From sequence record OZ346228.1: DNA of 64,000 bases. One strand, given 5' to 3'. The DNA is from a phage. Within the stretch, counting starts at the first letter, position 1; every line of letters starts with the position of its first letter. The position numbers were made by a program, and so were the translations under genes. Positions 38,304-48,171 of this stretch are shown one piece after another. The notes beneath the pieces are model-generated. The model did no database searches. It was not told the DNA's origin and was given only the letters and a program-made list of their open reading frames with translations.

Positions 38304-38777
38304 CTAGTCTACCTGAACCCAACCGCCTGATACTTTTTTAAACATTCTTTGGTTATCACTGCCTCGGAACGGTTTCTTGGTTGGTAAATCTTTTACATAC
38401 TTACCGTCAATGATGATATCAGCCAGTTTAATAACATCACTAGAGATATGGTCAAATGTGAACCCAGTATATACAAGAATAGTTTTCTTGTCACCAAATT
38501 TTTCCTTAATTTTCTCCATCAGGCTAATAATATCTGGCTCATTATAGTATGCTAAGGGTTCTCCACCCAGTAGAGAGATACCGCACACAGACGGGTTATC
38601 TAAATCTGACAAGATTTTTTGCAAGTCTTCTTCAGTGAACTTCCTCCCCTTATCTTTTGACCAAAATGCCTGATTAAAGCAACCAGGGCAAGCGTGTGGG
38701 CACCCAGATACCCACAAGGCAGTTCTAATACCTGGTCCTTCGGTGTAAGATATTTCTGTGTATCCAGCAATGTTCAT
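38304..38777 (-). CDS. nrdG: anaerobic ribonucleotide reductase activating protein
   Basis: Radical-SAM-like CPHACPGC cluster; directly downstream of nrdD. Confidence 0.75.
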   Translation of the reverse strand: MNIAGYTEISYTEGPGIRTALWVSGCPHACPGCFNQAFWSKDKGRKFTEEDLQKILSDLDNPSVCGISLLGGEPLAYYNEPDIISLMEKIKEKFGDKKTILVYTGFTFDHISSDVIKLADIIIDGKYVKDLPTKKPFRGSDNQRMFKKVSGGWVQVD

Positions 38778-38890
38778 AGATACTCCGCATCACATTTAGG
38801 GCAATGCCAAATAAAATCGTCTAGTGCCTTGCACCAACGAAGATTACAACTACAGCCGCACTTGCAAATTTTATAAATACCTGATGACAT
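38774..38890 (-). CDS. small zinc-ribbon protein (38 aa) coupled to nrdG
   Basis: RBS AGGAGG; CKCGCSC..(x12)..CPKCD; stop overlaps nrdG ATG. Confidence 0.45.
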   Translation of the reverse strand: MSSGIYKICKCGCSCNLRWCKALDDFIWHCPKCDAEYL

Positions 38891-38953
38891 ACTGCACCTC
38901 CTAGCTCACTGTGTGTCAATAATATGCCACATCCTTGTGGCTTTTGTCAAGAA

Positions 38954-40216
38954 TCAGCAACCACAACTTCCGTAGTGCTTAACTCGCTCGATAACTTCCG
39001 CTTGCTTACCTTTATTGTAAGGACGGGAGTTAGGACTGGAAAGGTATCCAGACACACGTCGAATTACACTGATCGTTCCCTCTTCATGGTTTCCACACTC
39101 TGGGCATACAAAGCCTTTAGCTGTTGCACTGAACTCACCAGAGAAACCACACTTGAGACATTTATCCACAGGTTGGTTAATACCAAAATACATAATGTGT
39201 TTATACCCGAAGTCAACAAGAGCCTCTAAAGCATCCAGGTTGTTTTTCAGGTTAGGTGTTTCTACGTATCCGATGTTGCCACCAGAGGATATCATAGCAA
39301 AACCTTCTTCATACTCCCACTTATCAAAAGGAGAGCTATTGATCCATACTGGCTGATGGAAACTGTTGGTGAGATATTCATGCTCGTGCTTCAACACTTC
39401 AGGATATTCACGATCCAGACAGGTTGCAGCTTTATAGCATAGACTCTCAGAAGGGGTGCCGTACAAACTAAACGCTAGTCTACTTTTCTTCTTGTATCGC
39501 TCACAAGCATCTCTCATGTGCTGAAGTATTCCAAGAGCTAAAGCCTTGTCACCCTCTCTGCCCAAAATCTGACAGGTTTCATACACACCAATATACCCAA
39601 TACTGATGGAAGCGTACCCGTCATAGAAGAGTTTATCAATACTCTCTTCAGGATCCAGGCGAGCAAGAGCGCCTTCACACCACATGATAGGGTTCTGCCC
39701 TGCCTTAGTGCCTTTCAGACGGTTAACCCTTACAAGGTGAGCTTCATATGCCAAATCCAGATACTCGTCAAGAACGGAAAAGAAATCAACACCTTCCGTC
39801 TTAGCTTTTGCCGCAATCATTGGCAGGTTAAGACTAACAACACCCAAGTTGAATCTGCCGAGGTATTTCTCCTCACCTGTTTCCAAGTCATTGTATTTGC
39901 TAAGAAAACTCCGGCAACCCATGCTCGTTACTTTACCATCTGTCGAGCCTGTCACTTTACGATTTAGTGGAACAGAAACAAAGTCAGGATAAATCCGCTC
40001 TGCAGAGCATTCCAGAGCTAATCGTTTCAAATCATAGTTAGGATCTCCAGGGTTCATGTTGACACCCTCTTCTAGGAAGAACAACACTTTAGGGAACACA
40101 GGTGTGATACGTTCTTCACCAAGACCCATTTTGTGGACTTTCAAGTAGTTTTTGGTAATCATTCTACCAAAGACTGAGGTGTCCAGACCTAAACTTAATG
40201 TGATGAATGGAGTCTG
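38954..40216 (-). CDS. nrdD: anaerobic ribonucleotide reductase NrdD, exon 2
   Basis: QTPFITLSLG.. continues from exon 1; C-terminal CPECG zinc site and glycyl-radical motif RRVSGYL. Confidence 0.8.
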   Translation of the reverse strand, partial: QTPFITLSLGLDTSVFGRMITKNYLKVHKMGLGEERITPVFPKVLFFLEEGVNMNPGDPNYDLKRLALECSAERIYPDFVSVPLNRKVTGSTDGKVTSMGCRSFLSKYNDLETGEEKYLGRFNLGVVSLNLPMIAAKAKTEGVDFFSVLDEYLDLAYEAHLVRVNRLKGTKAGQNPIMWCEGALARLDPEESIDKLFYDGYASISIGYIGVYETCQILGREGDKALALGILQHMRDACERYKKKSRLAFSLYGTPSESLCYKAATCLDREYPEVLKHEHEYLTNSFHQPVWINSSPFDKWEYEEGFAMISSGGNIGYVETPNLKNNLDALEALVDFGYKHIMYFGINQPVDKCLKCGFSGEFSATAKGFVCPECGNHEEGTISVIRRVSGYLSSPNSRPYNKGKQAEVIERVKHYGSCGC

Positions 40217-41013
40217 CTGTCTCCTCCCTGTGTTTCCACAGGGCCAGACTATCTCTTACTCTACTTCAATAAGATAATAACCCTTTATTGTGAGATGCTT
40301 ACCTTCGGCATTTCCTTCGATAGCCCTATGAACGTTACCTACGTTCAAATTTAAGGCTTTTGCACAGGCATAGAGTGAAGGATATTCACCCACCAAGGTT
40401 TTACCTTTGTATGCCTGCACTTTCCTATAGCACTTACCTGGACAAAGTCCTGTTCGGAAAGCATGTCTCTTATTATCTTCCGGCAAAACCCACTCTAGGT
40501 TAGACGGATGATCATTCAATGTATTGCCATCTTTATGATTCACTTCCCAGTTTTCAGGGTCTTCTGGGACATCCGGCAAACAATACAAGGCAACAATCCT
40601 TGAGGTTTGGATTCGAATCTTTTTACCTTTGTGGTTGAAAGAGTACATATAACGGCGTTTAACATGCTTGTTACCTTTTCCATAACCTCCCCACAATATT
40701 GGGTGTAGCATTCCACGTTTTCCGTATACGTTTCCAACCTCATCAATCACATAGTTTGATTCTTCACCATTAAGAATGATCTTTTTCATAGAGCCTCTCC
40801 ATTTCGAAGTTAGTATTTCAACTAACCCCTACACTACTTGGTTCAGAAATGTTTGTCAAGCATTTCTGCCTTTCGTTAGTCGTTACAACCGTTCCAACTC
40901 CTGTAAGAACTAGTCACGGGATTGGCATAGCTTTCGCCTTAGCGTTCCCCGTTAGCCGGATTTACCGACCCCTCTTATGAGGTTAGGAGAGTTTTACAAC
41001 GGCCAGTTTGTTA
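40217..41013 (-). mobile_element. Group I intron in nrdD
   Basis: On - strand: exon 1 ends on U; AACGGGGAAC, CAATCCCGUG, CGACUAACG (P7 5'), GAGAUAGUCUGG (P7 3'), P9 hairpin CCCUGUG-GAAA-CACAGGG, terminal G. Confidence 0.75.
40256..40789 (-). CDS. HNH homing endonuclease, intron-encoded
   Basis: HNH motif EVNHKDGNTLNDHPSNLEW; inside nrdD intron. Confidence 0.8.
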   Translation of the reverse strand: MKKIILNGEESNYVIDEVGNVYGKRGMLHPILWGGYGKGNKHVKRRYMYSFNHKGKKIRIQTSRIVALYCLPDVPEDPENWEVNHKDGNTLNDHPSNLEWVLPEDNKRHAFRTGLCPGKCYRKVQAYKGKTLVGEYPSLYACAKALNLNVGNVHRAIEGNAEGKHLTIKGYYLIEVE

Positions 41014-41874
41014 ACCGTTGACAGAAGTTAACGTGTTGATTTGATAGAGCAAAGTCTGCATGCTGTCAAATACGTCTTTATCTGTCATTTGCATTGCAAC
41101 AGTTTCAGCATCCGGCAACCAATGTTCCTGGCAAAATTTAAGGTTCTTCTCATAGGTTGCTTCAGCATACTGTGCCAGATAATGATCAATATGGCTCATA
41201 GTCTGACCACCATATTGAGCACTAGCTACCGCACTAGAGATTTGGCTAAGGATTGTTGTTGCAACCCCTATTGACTTCGGCTTACTGACATGGGCGTTAC
41301 CAATGTTGAATCCGTTTTCCAACATATCTGGATAATTTACCAAACAACAGTTTGTTAACGGACTGATCAAGTAGTCAAGATCATGCACATGGATGAATCC
41401 TTTATTGTGCTCTTCGGAGACACGGTCTGGCAGGATCTGTGTTGATGCAAGGTGTTTGCTAAGAATACCTGCAAGCAGGTCGCGATGAGTGTGTACATGA
41501 TTAGTAGGCTTATTTGCGTTTTCTTTTGTAAATTCATCACAAGTTCGATCCAAGAAGCCACTAATATCTGCAAGCAGTTTTCCACCTGCCTCTCTGTTAT
41601 TATCTCTTGTCTGTCTATACTGGATGTATTCTCTGGCTGCACATTTTAAACCCATATCCATAAGAGCATCTTCAACAAGGATATGGATATTTTTTACAGA
41701 GATCGTGCACTGGTCGGTTGGTAGATTGTTAGCAACAACTTCATTAACCGCGCAGGCGATCCGGTAAGCTTCTTCTTCAGTATGTCCAGACTCAAGTAAG
41801 GCGGACTCTGCCGCCTTGATCACCTTAATTCCGTTATAGAACTCTTCTCTACCGTCCCGTTTTACAACTTTCAC
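41014..41874 (-). CDS. nrdD: anaerobic ribonucleotide reductase NrdD, exon 1
   Basis: ATP-cone-like start MKVVKRDGREEFYNGIKV; GFIHVHDLDY..TNCCLVNYPDMLENGF; ends ..NTLTSVNG at splice site. Confidence 0.8.
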
Positions 41875-42149
41875 TTTTTCTCTCCAAAACCATTCTTAAC
41901 AAAAGAGATGAAATCGTCGGCACCGCCTATATGGACACTGTCAAGATCGCTTTCTAAGAAGATCTGCGGCAACGTTCTGGGGACAATTGGACTGCACTTC
42001 TCAATAAGCTCTTCTTTTGTGTAGCCCTCGCCAAGTGTCTTATATACAAAAGGCAGACCTTTGCTGATTGCAAATTCTTTTGCTCTGACACAATGTGGGC
42101 AGTTATCATTACCGTAAATGATGATGAAAAAAGATTTTTCGCAGCTCAT
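41871..42149 (-). CDS. glutaredoxin/NrdH-like redoxin
   Basis: Active site CPHC near N-terminus; adjacent to RNR genes. Confidence 0.65.
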   Translation of the reverse strand: MSCEKSFFIIIYGNDNCPHCVRAKEFAISKGLPFVYKTLGEGYTKEELIEKCSPIVPRTLPQIFLESDLDSVHIGGADDFISFVKNGFGEKK

Positions 42150-42152
42150 ATA

Positions 42153-43241
42153 TTAAAACTCCCAAATTTCTTCTTCAGCGTCGTTAACAGTTGTGTTGAC
42201 GCGGTAGTCAGTGTTCGACATTTCTTGGTTCGCCGTCTGTTGTAATGAAGGTTTCATCCACACCTGCATAAACGGTAGCGGGTCCTTTGTTGGCGGCACA
42301 AAGTCTTTGTCGATGTCGTAGTAATCATAAATCGGTGAGCAGTTATAGTCAACCCACTCTTTAAGCAACGGTGAGTTAAGACCTATAATCGCTCTTCCTT
42401 CGCTGAAAATATAGTCACTCCAACCGTACTCTTTGGTTCGTACTTCATCAAGAATCTCTTTTAACTCCCCCTTTATCTCAAGGAAGCTTTTCTCCCATGC
42501 GGGATCATTAAGCAAGATATCAATGATGGCAAAATCACCTTTCGAATGTAGCATTTCGTCAAGCATGATTTTTTGAACAAGCTGCGCCACCTGAACAAAG
42601 ATACCCTGTTCAGCTACTGCGAAAGTGCATGCAAAACTTGCAATAAACTCAATACTTTCCAGAGCTAAAAGTGCAAAAAGCGCTCTAAGAATGCATTTCC
42701 GCACAACATCTTCTTCAACACTAGAAGGATCCAGTCGGTATTTTGCACCAATAACCTCAAGCTCTTGCATGTATTTGACAATAACGCCAGATCTGCTCAG
42801 AACGTTTTGGTTTTCCTGAATCTCTTCTATAATCTCACGGGCATTGGGGAGGCATTGTCTAACAATCTCTGAGTAAGTTAGTGCGTGAAGAACTTCAATC
42901 TCTGACTGTTTCATCAATAGAGTGAAAAGCTCACTATTAGTGATGAATGGTGAAAAGAGGCAGATGATCGATCTTGCCGCAACGCTATCAGCCTCCCATT
43001 GCCACATCAAGGTCTGCACCATCACGTCATAAGTTGACTTTGAGCATGTTACAAAATCTGAAATAGATTGCGACAAATCCACTTCATCCTCTGCCCAATC
43101 TTGCTCTTTTTGTTTTTTGTATAGTTCAAACAGTTGTGGATATTTTTTGTTGATAGAGTCGTACATACCCATTTGCTGTCCCAGAAACAGCGGATAGTCA
43201 CCAGTTTTATGAGCGGTGTTCTCAGCATTAAATACAGCCAT
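42153..43241 (-). CDS. nrdB: ribonucleotide reductase class I beta subunit
   Basis: RBS AGAGG; position after nrdA; ferritin-like helical protein with C-terminal acidic tail. Confidence 0.75.
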   Translation of the reverse strand: MAVFNAENTAHKTGDYPLFLGQQMGMYDSINKKYPQLFELYKKQKEQDWAEDEVDLSQSISDFVTCSKSTYDVMVQTLMWQWEADSVAARSIICLFSPFITNSELFTLLMKQSEIEVLHALTYSEIVRQCLPNAREIIEEIQENQNVLSRSGVIVKYMQELEVIGAKYRLDPSSVEEDVVRKCILRALFALLALESIEFIASFACTFAVAEQGIFVQVAQLVQKIMLDEMLHSKGDFAIIDILLNDPAWEKSFLEIKGELKEILDEVRTKEYGWSDYIFSEGRAIIGLNSPLLKEWVDYNCSPIYDYYDIDKDFVPPTKDPLPFMQVWMKPSLQQTANQEMSNTDYRVNTTVNDAEEEIWEF

Positions 43242-43279
43242 TATTCTACCTCTAAAATGGGGCCGAAGCCCCTTTAAAA

Positions 43280-45595
43280 TTATAGTGCACAGCTTTCGCA
43301 ATACGGATCTTCAACTGAACTATCTGCAATCAAAGGATAGTTCTTTCTGGTTTCATCTTCAGCCTGTTTCTTGGCATGGAGTTCCTCTGCCAAGGAGTCA
43401 CCAGCACCAACCCTAGAGTTTAAATAATACCATGTCTTCATCCCGAATTTAGTGGCACGGATAAGGTACCCTAGCTGCTCCTTCATTGAAATTTTACCAT
43501 CTTTCAACTTGGTGTAGTCTATGTATAAATCCGCGCTGATTGCCTGACCTGTGAATTTTTGAATCACAGCATACATATCGATCATGTCGTTAGTATCAAC
43601 GTCCCAAGCCGAAGTGTAATACTCTTTCAACTCATCGTATTCAGGAACGATAAACAGCACCTGCCCTTGTGGCGACTTTTTAAAGATAATGTGCTCACGG
43701 ACAGGATAAACCCCGTTAGTGGTGTTTGTTGCCAGCGAAGAGCTTTCATTAGGCATATATGCTTCAAGAACGCTATTACGTAGCCCACCATTTTCAATGA
43801 TTTCTTTACGTAACCCTTCCCAATCCTGTTTAAGAGAAGGATCTTTCACCACACTATCGACCTCTTTGTTATAAGTGTCGATTGGTAACCAACCTTCTGG
43901 ATATTTTGTTTTATACATCCACTCGCAGACACCACGCTCTTTTGCCAACCGTAAACTTGCCTTATGCAAGCTGTAGCTGTGAAGTTCTGCAAGATCGTGA
44001 ACAAGCTGTTTACTTTCAGGAGATCCGTAAGTAACCTTGTGGCTGGCAATAAAATGTGCAACATTGGTAAGGCCAACCCCGATGGATCTGCGTTTTTTAA
44101 CAGTACTCTCCATGTTTTCATACGGATATGCCATGATTTCCATAACATTGTCAATCATAAGCACCGTGTAGTATGCAACATCCTCATACTCCTCTGGGGT
44201 AACCCTTCCAGCTACAAGAGATGACAGGAAGCACAATGCAACCTCACCATCATCAACATCGTACTTGAAGATATTACGCATATCTGAATAGCCTTTTGTC
44301 GGGAGGGCTATTTCTGCACACAGGTTGCTTGAATAGATCACATCTTTAAAAGGTGTATGTCTATTCATCTCATCTGTCCAGTATACGTACAGCCTTCCCA
44401 CCTCAGTACGCTGCGTGATCAGCTCAACAGCAAGATCTCTAGCCCGGATCCATGTCTTAGGAATACTGTCATCTTTAGCAATACGCTCAACCTCTGCATC
44501 GAACTCCTCCATAGACATGGTGAAGATACCCTCATACAGTTGAGGAGCGTGCTTATAAGAAACAAGCATCCAATCTAAATTCTTAGCCACACGGTTGATA
44601 AACGACCTATTAATACCGATGGAGTAGTCCATGGTGTTGATTCTTTTTGAAGCAACAGTCATAGGGTTTCTCAAACGGATTAGCTCATCAATCTGCGGGT
44701 CCAGTGCAAGGAATGATACTGTTGCAGAACCGCCACGTGATTGTTGTCTGTTCTCCTTAACACCAGCATCAATACCTCGATAATATGGAATCTTACCCAT
44801 GTGTTTAATAGTGTTACCGCGAACACCATCACCTGCAGATCTTGATGATAAATAGTAGCCGATACCTGCTTGGTTAACCGTCATTGTGTACGCAACTTCA
44901 CGTGCCACACCAATAGATTTTGCTGTATCGTCAGCTTTTATTACACAACAAGATGCATACCCTGTCTTACCTGTGCGCAGCCCGTTTAAGTACGGTGTCG
45001 GGGCATTGATCTTTAAGTCGGACAGATAAGTGTATAATTTTACAACATCGTTGATACGACGTTCTTTCGGCATATTCTTCATGACAGCCATTGCTATCCC
45101 CATAAACATCATCTGGGGAGATTCAAACAAGGTGTCTTTAAGAGTATCCTTGATCCCGTATTTGTCGCGAAACTGTTTAAGGACTGCATAGCCATAGCCG
45201 AGATCTTTACTGTGGTCAATAACAGCGTCTAAAGTGTTTAGCTCGGTAAAGCTATATCCCATATCCTCCCAATACCCTTTCTCAACCATGTCGTTGTAAA
45301 ATGATGGTAAGGAAGGGATCTTTGTAAACCCTCCAAAAGCCTCTTTATAAATCTGACCAATAAGAACACGACCAGCCATACGGGAATGTGCTTCGTCTTT
45401 ACGGCTAACACAGGAGTCTATGATAGCTTGGTTAACTTCTTTGGTTGTACATCCATCATACAGTCGTTTGTATGCATCCAGTGCAATATGTGACCAATTG
45501 CCGTTACCGTCGTCACCGAAAATAGCTGCCTTATTTAAACGTTCTGGATCGAATGCCACTTCACATCCGTTGCTTTTAATTACCTTGGTGATCAA
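43280..45595 (-). CDS. nrdA: ribonucleotide reductase class I alpha subunit
   Basis: 771 aa; active-site signature NLCAEIALP; C-terminal Cys pair. Confidence 0.9.
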   Translation of the reverse strand: MITKVIKSNGCEVAFDPERLNKAAIFGDDGNGNWSHIALDAYKRLYDGCTTKEVNQAIIDSCVSRKDEAHSRMAGRVLIGQIYKEAFGGFTKIPSLPSFYNDMVEKGYWEDMGYSFTELNTLDAVIDHSKDLGYGYAVLKQFRDKYGIKDTLKDTLFESPQMMFMGIAMAVMKNMPKERRINDVVKLYTYLSDLKINAPTPYLNGLRTGKTGYASCCVIKADDTAKSIGVAREVAYTMTVNQAGIGYYLSSRSAGDGVRGNTIKHMGKIPYYRGIDAGVKENRQQSRGGSATVSFLALDPQIDELIRLRNPMTVASKRINTMDYSIGINRSFINRVAKNLDWMLVSYKHAPQLYEGIFTMSMEEFDAEVERIAKDDSIPKTWIRARDLAVELITQRTEVGRLYVYWTDEMNRHTPFKDVIYSSNLCAEIALPTKGYSDMRNIFKYDVDDGEVALCFLSSLVAGRVTPEEYEDVAYYTVLMIDNVMEIMAYPYENMESTVKKRRSIGVGLTNVAHFIASHKVTYGSPESKQLVHDLAELHSYSLHKASLRLAKERGVCEWMYKTKYPEGWLPIDTYNKEVDSVVKDPSLKQDWEGLRKEIIENGGLRNSVLEAYMPNESSSLATNTTNGVYPVREHIIFKKSPQGQVLFIVPEYDELKEYYTSAWDVDTNDMIDMYAVIQKFTGQAISADLYIDYTKLKDGKISMKEQLGYLIRATKFGMKTWYYLNSRVGAGDSLAEELHAKKQAEDETRKNYPLIADSSVEDPYCESCAL

Positions 45596-45822
45596 TTTGC
45601 TTCCTCCACTTCATCAACGTATTTATCAAGGCAGGTATCAGTATCTTGCTGGATAAAGGTATCCTCTTCTACAGAGATATTTATAATTTTGCCTGTATAC
45701 TCGTCATAATAAACATCATCATACATTTTAATATCGTTTGTCAGGCCGTTGAACCAAAGCCAACCAACATACTCTGACCGACTTGCAAAACCAAGATCCT
45801 TCCACTTGGAGTTATGACTCAT
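45592..45822 (-). CDS. hypothetical protein
   Basis: RBS AAGGTGG; 4-nt overlap with nrdA start. Confidence 0.45.
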   Translation of the reverse strand: MSHNSKWKDLGFASRSEYVGWLWFNGLTNDIKMYDDVYYDEYTGKIINISVEEDTFIQQDTDTCLDKYVDEVEEAN

Positions 45823-45832
45823 CTTCACCACC

Positions 45833-46294
45833 TTAGCTTTCAATACCGAATAATTTTTCCAGGCGATGCAGATCTTCAAAATTGAAAGGTTCATCAACAA
45901 TATGAATATCTTCAGCCTTTTCAGATTGTTTTGTATACTTTCTTACATTAACACGATCCTCTACAGGAATATCATACGGAAGATCTTGAACAAGCATTGC
46001 CTCACCAGGTGCTTTATCCACATCTAAAATATCTACACCGTTATACATTTGCGGGTATCTAAAGTCTGCACGCATGACACCAGCAAATACATCTGCCTTT
46101 CGATAATGTGTTGGCTTATTTTTGCATCGAACGTTTTTTCCACGAAGAACATCAATACTTTTTAAATCAAACCCTACGGCAAAGAGTGCAGCTCGGAGAC
46201 CGTTTCGTGTGCGAACGTTAAACCCGGGAACGGTAGATAGGAAATCCAAAGTAACTGAAATAAATGTCTTTTTAGGAATCATAACATTACTCAT
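45833..46294 (-). CDS. hypothetical protein (weak dUTPase-like motifs)
   Basis: RBS GGAGA; VGFDLKS, RTRNGL, GVMRADFRY loosely resemble dUTPase motifs but order is atypical. Confidence 0.5.
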   Translation of the reverse strand: MSNVMIPKKTFISVTLDFLSTVPGFNVRTRNGLRAALFAVGFDLKSIDVLRGKNVRCKNKPTHYRKADVFAGVMRADFRYPQMYNGVDILDVDKAPGEAMLVQDLPYDIPVEDRVNVRKYTKQSEKAEDIHIVDEPFNFEDLHRLEKLFGIES

Positions 46295-46392
46295 ATCTGT
46301 CTCCATTTCTGGCTCACCAACAAAGTGAGCCATTATTATAGATTATCTAATACTATTAGTCAACACAAAAGTTACCTATCGCTGTGATAGGA

Positions 46393-47376
46393 TTAACCTT
46401 TCACGAAGTGGTTATTAAGCAGTTGTCTGTGCTGAACCCACCCACAAAAGTTGGCAGACCAGAATTTACCATCACGGTCTTGATGGGTTACACCTTCCTG
46501 CCAAGTACTGATGTCTTGTGTGATTTCACATGAAGACAGGTAGTAGTTTAAACGTTCCATTGCGTTATCGTGATCCATAGGTGTTGCCTGGTGCTCGTAA
46601 GGGCTTGCATGAATACGATCCCCACCAATCAATTTTTTAGCCACACTGTCTGCCTTTTCAAACGTGCTGTCAATATTTCGATAAGATACTTGTGCACAGC
46701 AACTAGCACTGATAGACAGAGCTTCTTTAGTATCGAGAATGCAGAGCTTTCCTTCTGTGTCACGTACAGCGTAGTTAAACTCCCCGTCCAAATAAACGTG
46801 CTCTACATATGGAGTGTGCCATTGACCCGGTTTAAGGATTTCAGGAGTGCTATTCACAAGAGCCTCCCACATACAATTAGCTAACATCTGAATCGTAGGA
46901 TCCGCATCGTGCCAGCAACGGAGGTGGAAAAAATTATTCCACTCGGTGCTTGTTACAACTGTTTTCATGCGCTGAAAAGGCTCCACTAAGCGGTTACATA
47001 CTTGCTTATGGTAACCAGCAAGGGCAAACTTCTCTGCATGCCAAGCGGCGTTTTTTGCAGCTTCTTTCCAAAACTCTTCCGGAGTTAGCTCCATATCAGT
47101 GTACTCTACACGGATCTTTTGATCGTGTTCCCCACCATCTTCCATTCCTCGCTTATTTACACCGAAGCGAACTGGCATTGCCGGATTCTCCACAATCTGT
47201 TGCAGCATCTTTCCGACAGGCACTGCACGGGAAGACATGGCGTTTCGGCTGAACACTCGGTGCGTCATAAGCTCTGAGTGAATAATTCGAGGATACTCTA
47301 GCTCAAAAGTGGTGATGCGCTTACCTTTCTCGGAAATGCTGTCAGCAATGATCTTTGCAGTGCACAGTTTTAGCAT
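46393..47376 (-). CDS. thyX: flavin-dependent thymidylate synthase ThyX (long form)
   Basis: ThyX-type motif THRVFSRNAMSSR; 327 aa, longer than typical. Confidence 0.7.
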   Translation of the reverse strand: MLKLCTAKIIADSISEKGKRITTFELEYPRIIHSELMTHRVFSRNAMSSRAVPVGKMLQQIVENPAMPVRFGVNKRGMEDGGEHDQKIRVEYTDMELTPEEFWKEAAKNAAWHAEKFALAGYHKQVCNRLVEPFQRMKTVVTSTEWNNFFHLRCWHDADPTIQMLANCMWEALVNSTPEILKPGQWHTPYVEHVYLDGEFNYAVRDTEGKLCILDTKEALSISASCCAQVSYRNIDSTFEKADSVAKKLIGGDRIHASPYEHQATPMDHDNAMERLNYYLSSCEITQDISTWQEGVTHQDRDGKFWSANFCGWVQHRQLLNNHFVKG

Positions 47377-47576
47377 TATTTAGCTCTCCTTGTTTTAATT
47401 TTGGAAATTTCGTCTGGGTTTATGTTGGCCTTAAATGCAAGGTATCTGTTGAACATATCGGAGCACATGTCTTGGGTGATCCTGGAGGCATACACCAGCT
47501 TACCTCCCAGATCATACACCTCTAGCCAGTCACCGTATCTGACTACAGGATCGCCACCTTTAGAACATCTGCCCAT
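47376..47576 (-). CDS. hypothetical protein
   Basis: 1-nt overlap with thyX start. Confidence 0.45.
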   Translation of the reverse strand: MGRCSKGGDPVVRYGDWLEVYDLGGKLVYASRITQDMCSDMFNRYLAFKANINPDEISKIKTRRAK

Positions 47577-47577
47577 T

Positions 47578-48171
47578 TCAAATACCTTCTAAAAACTTTC
47601 CTATTTTATACCAGCTATTAGCGGTATAGTCAACACTGACCTTTAACTCCTCAAATTGCTCATAAGGCGTATCTTTTAGGATTTTAATAACTTCAGGGCG
47701 TGAAGCGAATTGGTTCAGGTATTCATGCCTGTCGTCAATTATAACATCTACAGCCACATTTCCCTTGAAATGCGTGGCGTAGAAGCCGTGACCCTGGGTG
47801 TGATCGTCCAGATCCATAAAATCACTAGTCCAACGCTTTAAGAACCTTGATTTAGATGCAAGGTGACCTTTCTTGCATACCGAGATAAATGCAAGCTTGT
47901 GACCACGAGCCACCAAATCTTTCATAACCTCAATAGCCCCCTCTTCAGGCTTAAGAAAGTCGTAGAGGAACGGGTCACTCCAGAAATCAAAAGGCCCTAT
48001 GATGTTTTCTTTGGGGCGATCAGGCCAATACTTTGACAGATCGTAATACATTAACCCATTAGAAGGTTTAGTGACTGTCTTACTGGCTGGACCATATAAA
48101 CGCTCCAACCACTCCCACCATGCTGTTCCTGAATCTACCAGTGTCAAATCTACATCAATACCGATTAACAT
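47578..48171 (-). CDS. HAD-family phosphatase (putative nucleotidase)
   Basis: N-terminal HAD motif I IGIDVDLTLVDSG. Confidence 0.55.
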   Translation of the reverse strand: MLIGIDVDLTLVDSGTAWWEWLERLYGPASKTVTKPSNGLMYYDLSKYWPDRPKENIIGPFDFWSDPFLYDFLKPEEGAIEVMKDLVARGHKLAFISVCKKGHLASKSRFLKRWTSDFMDLDDHTQGHGFYATHFKGNVAVDVIIDDRHEYLNQFASRPEVIKILKDTPYEQFEELKVSVDYTANSWYKIGKFLEGI

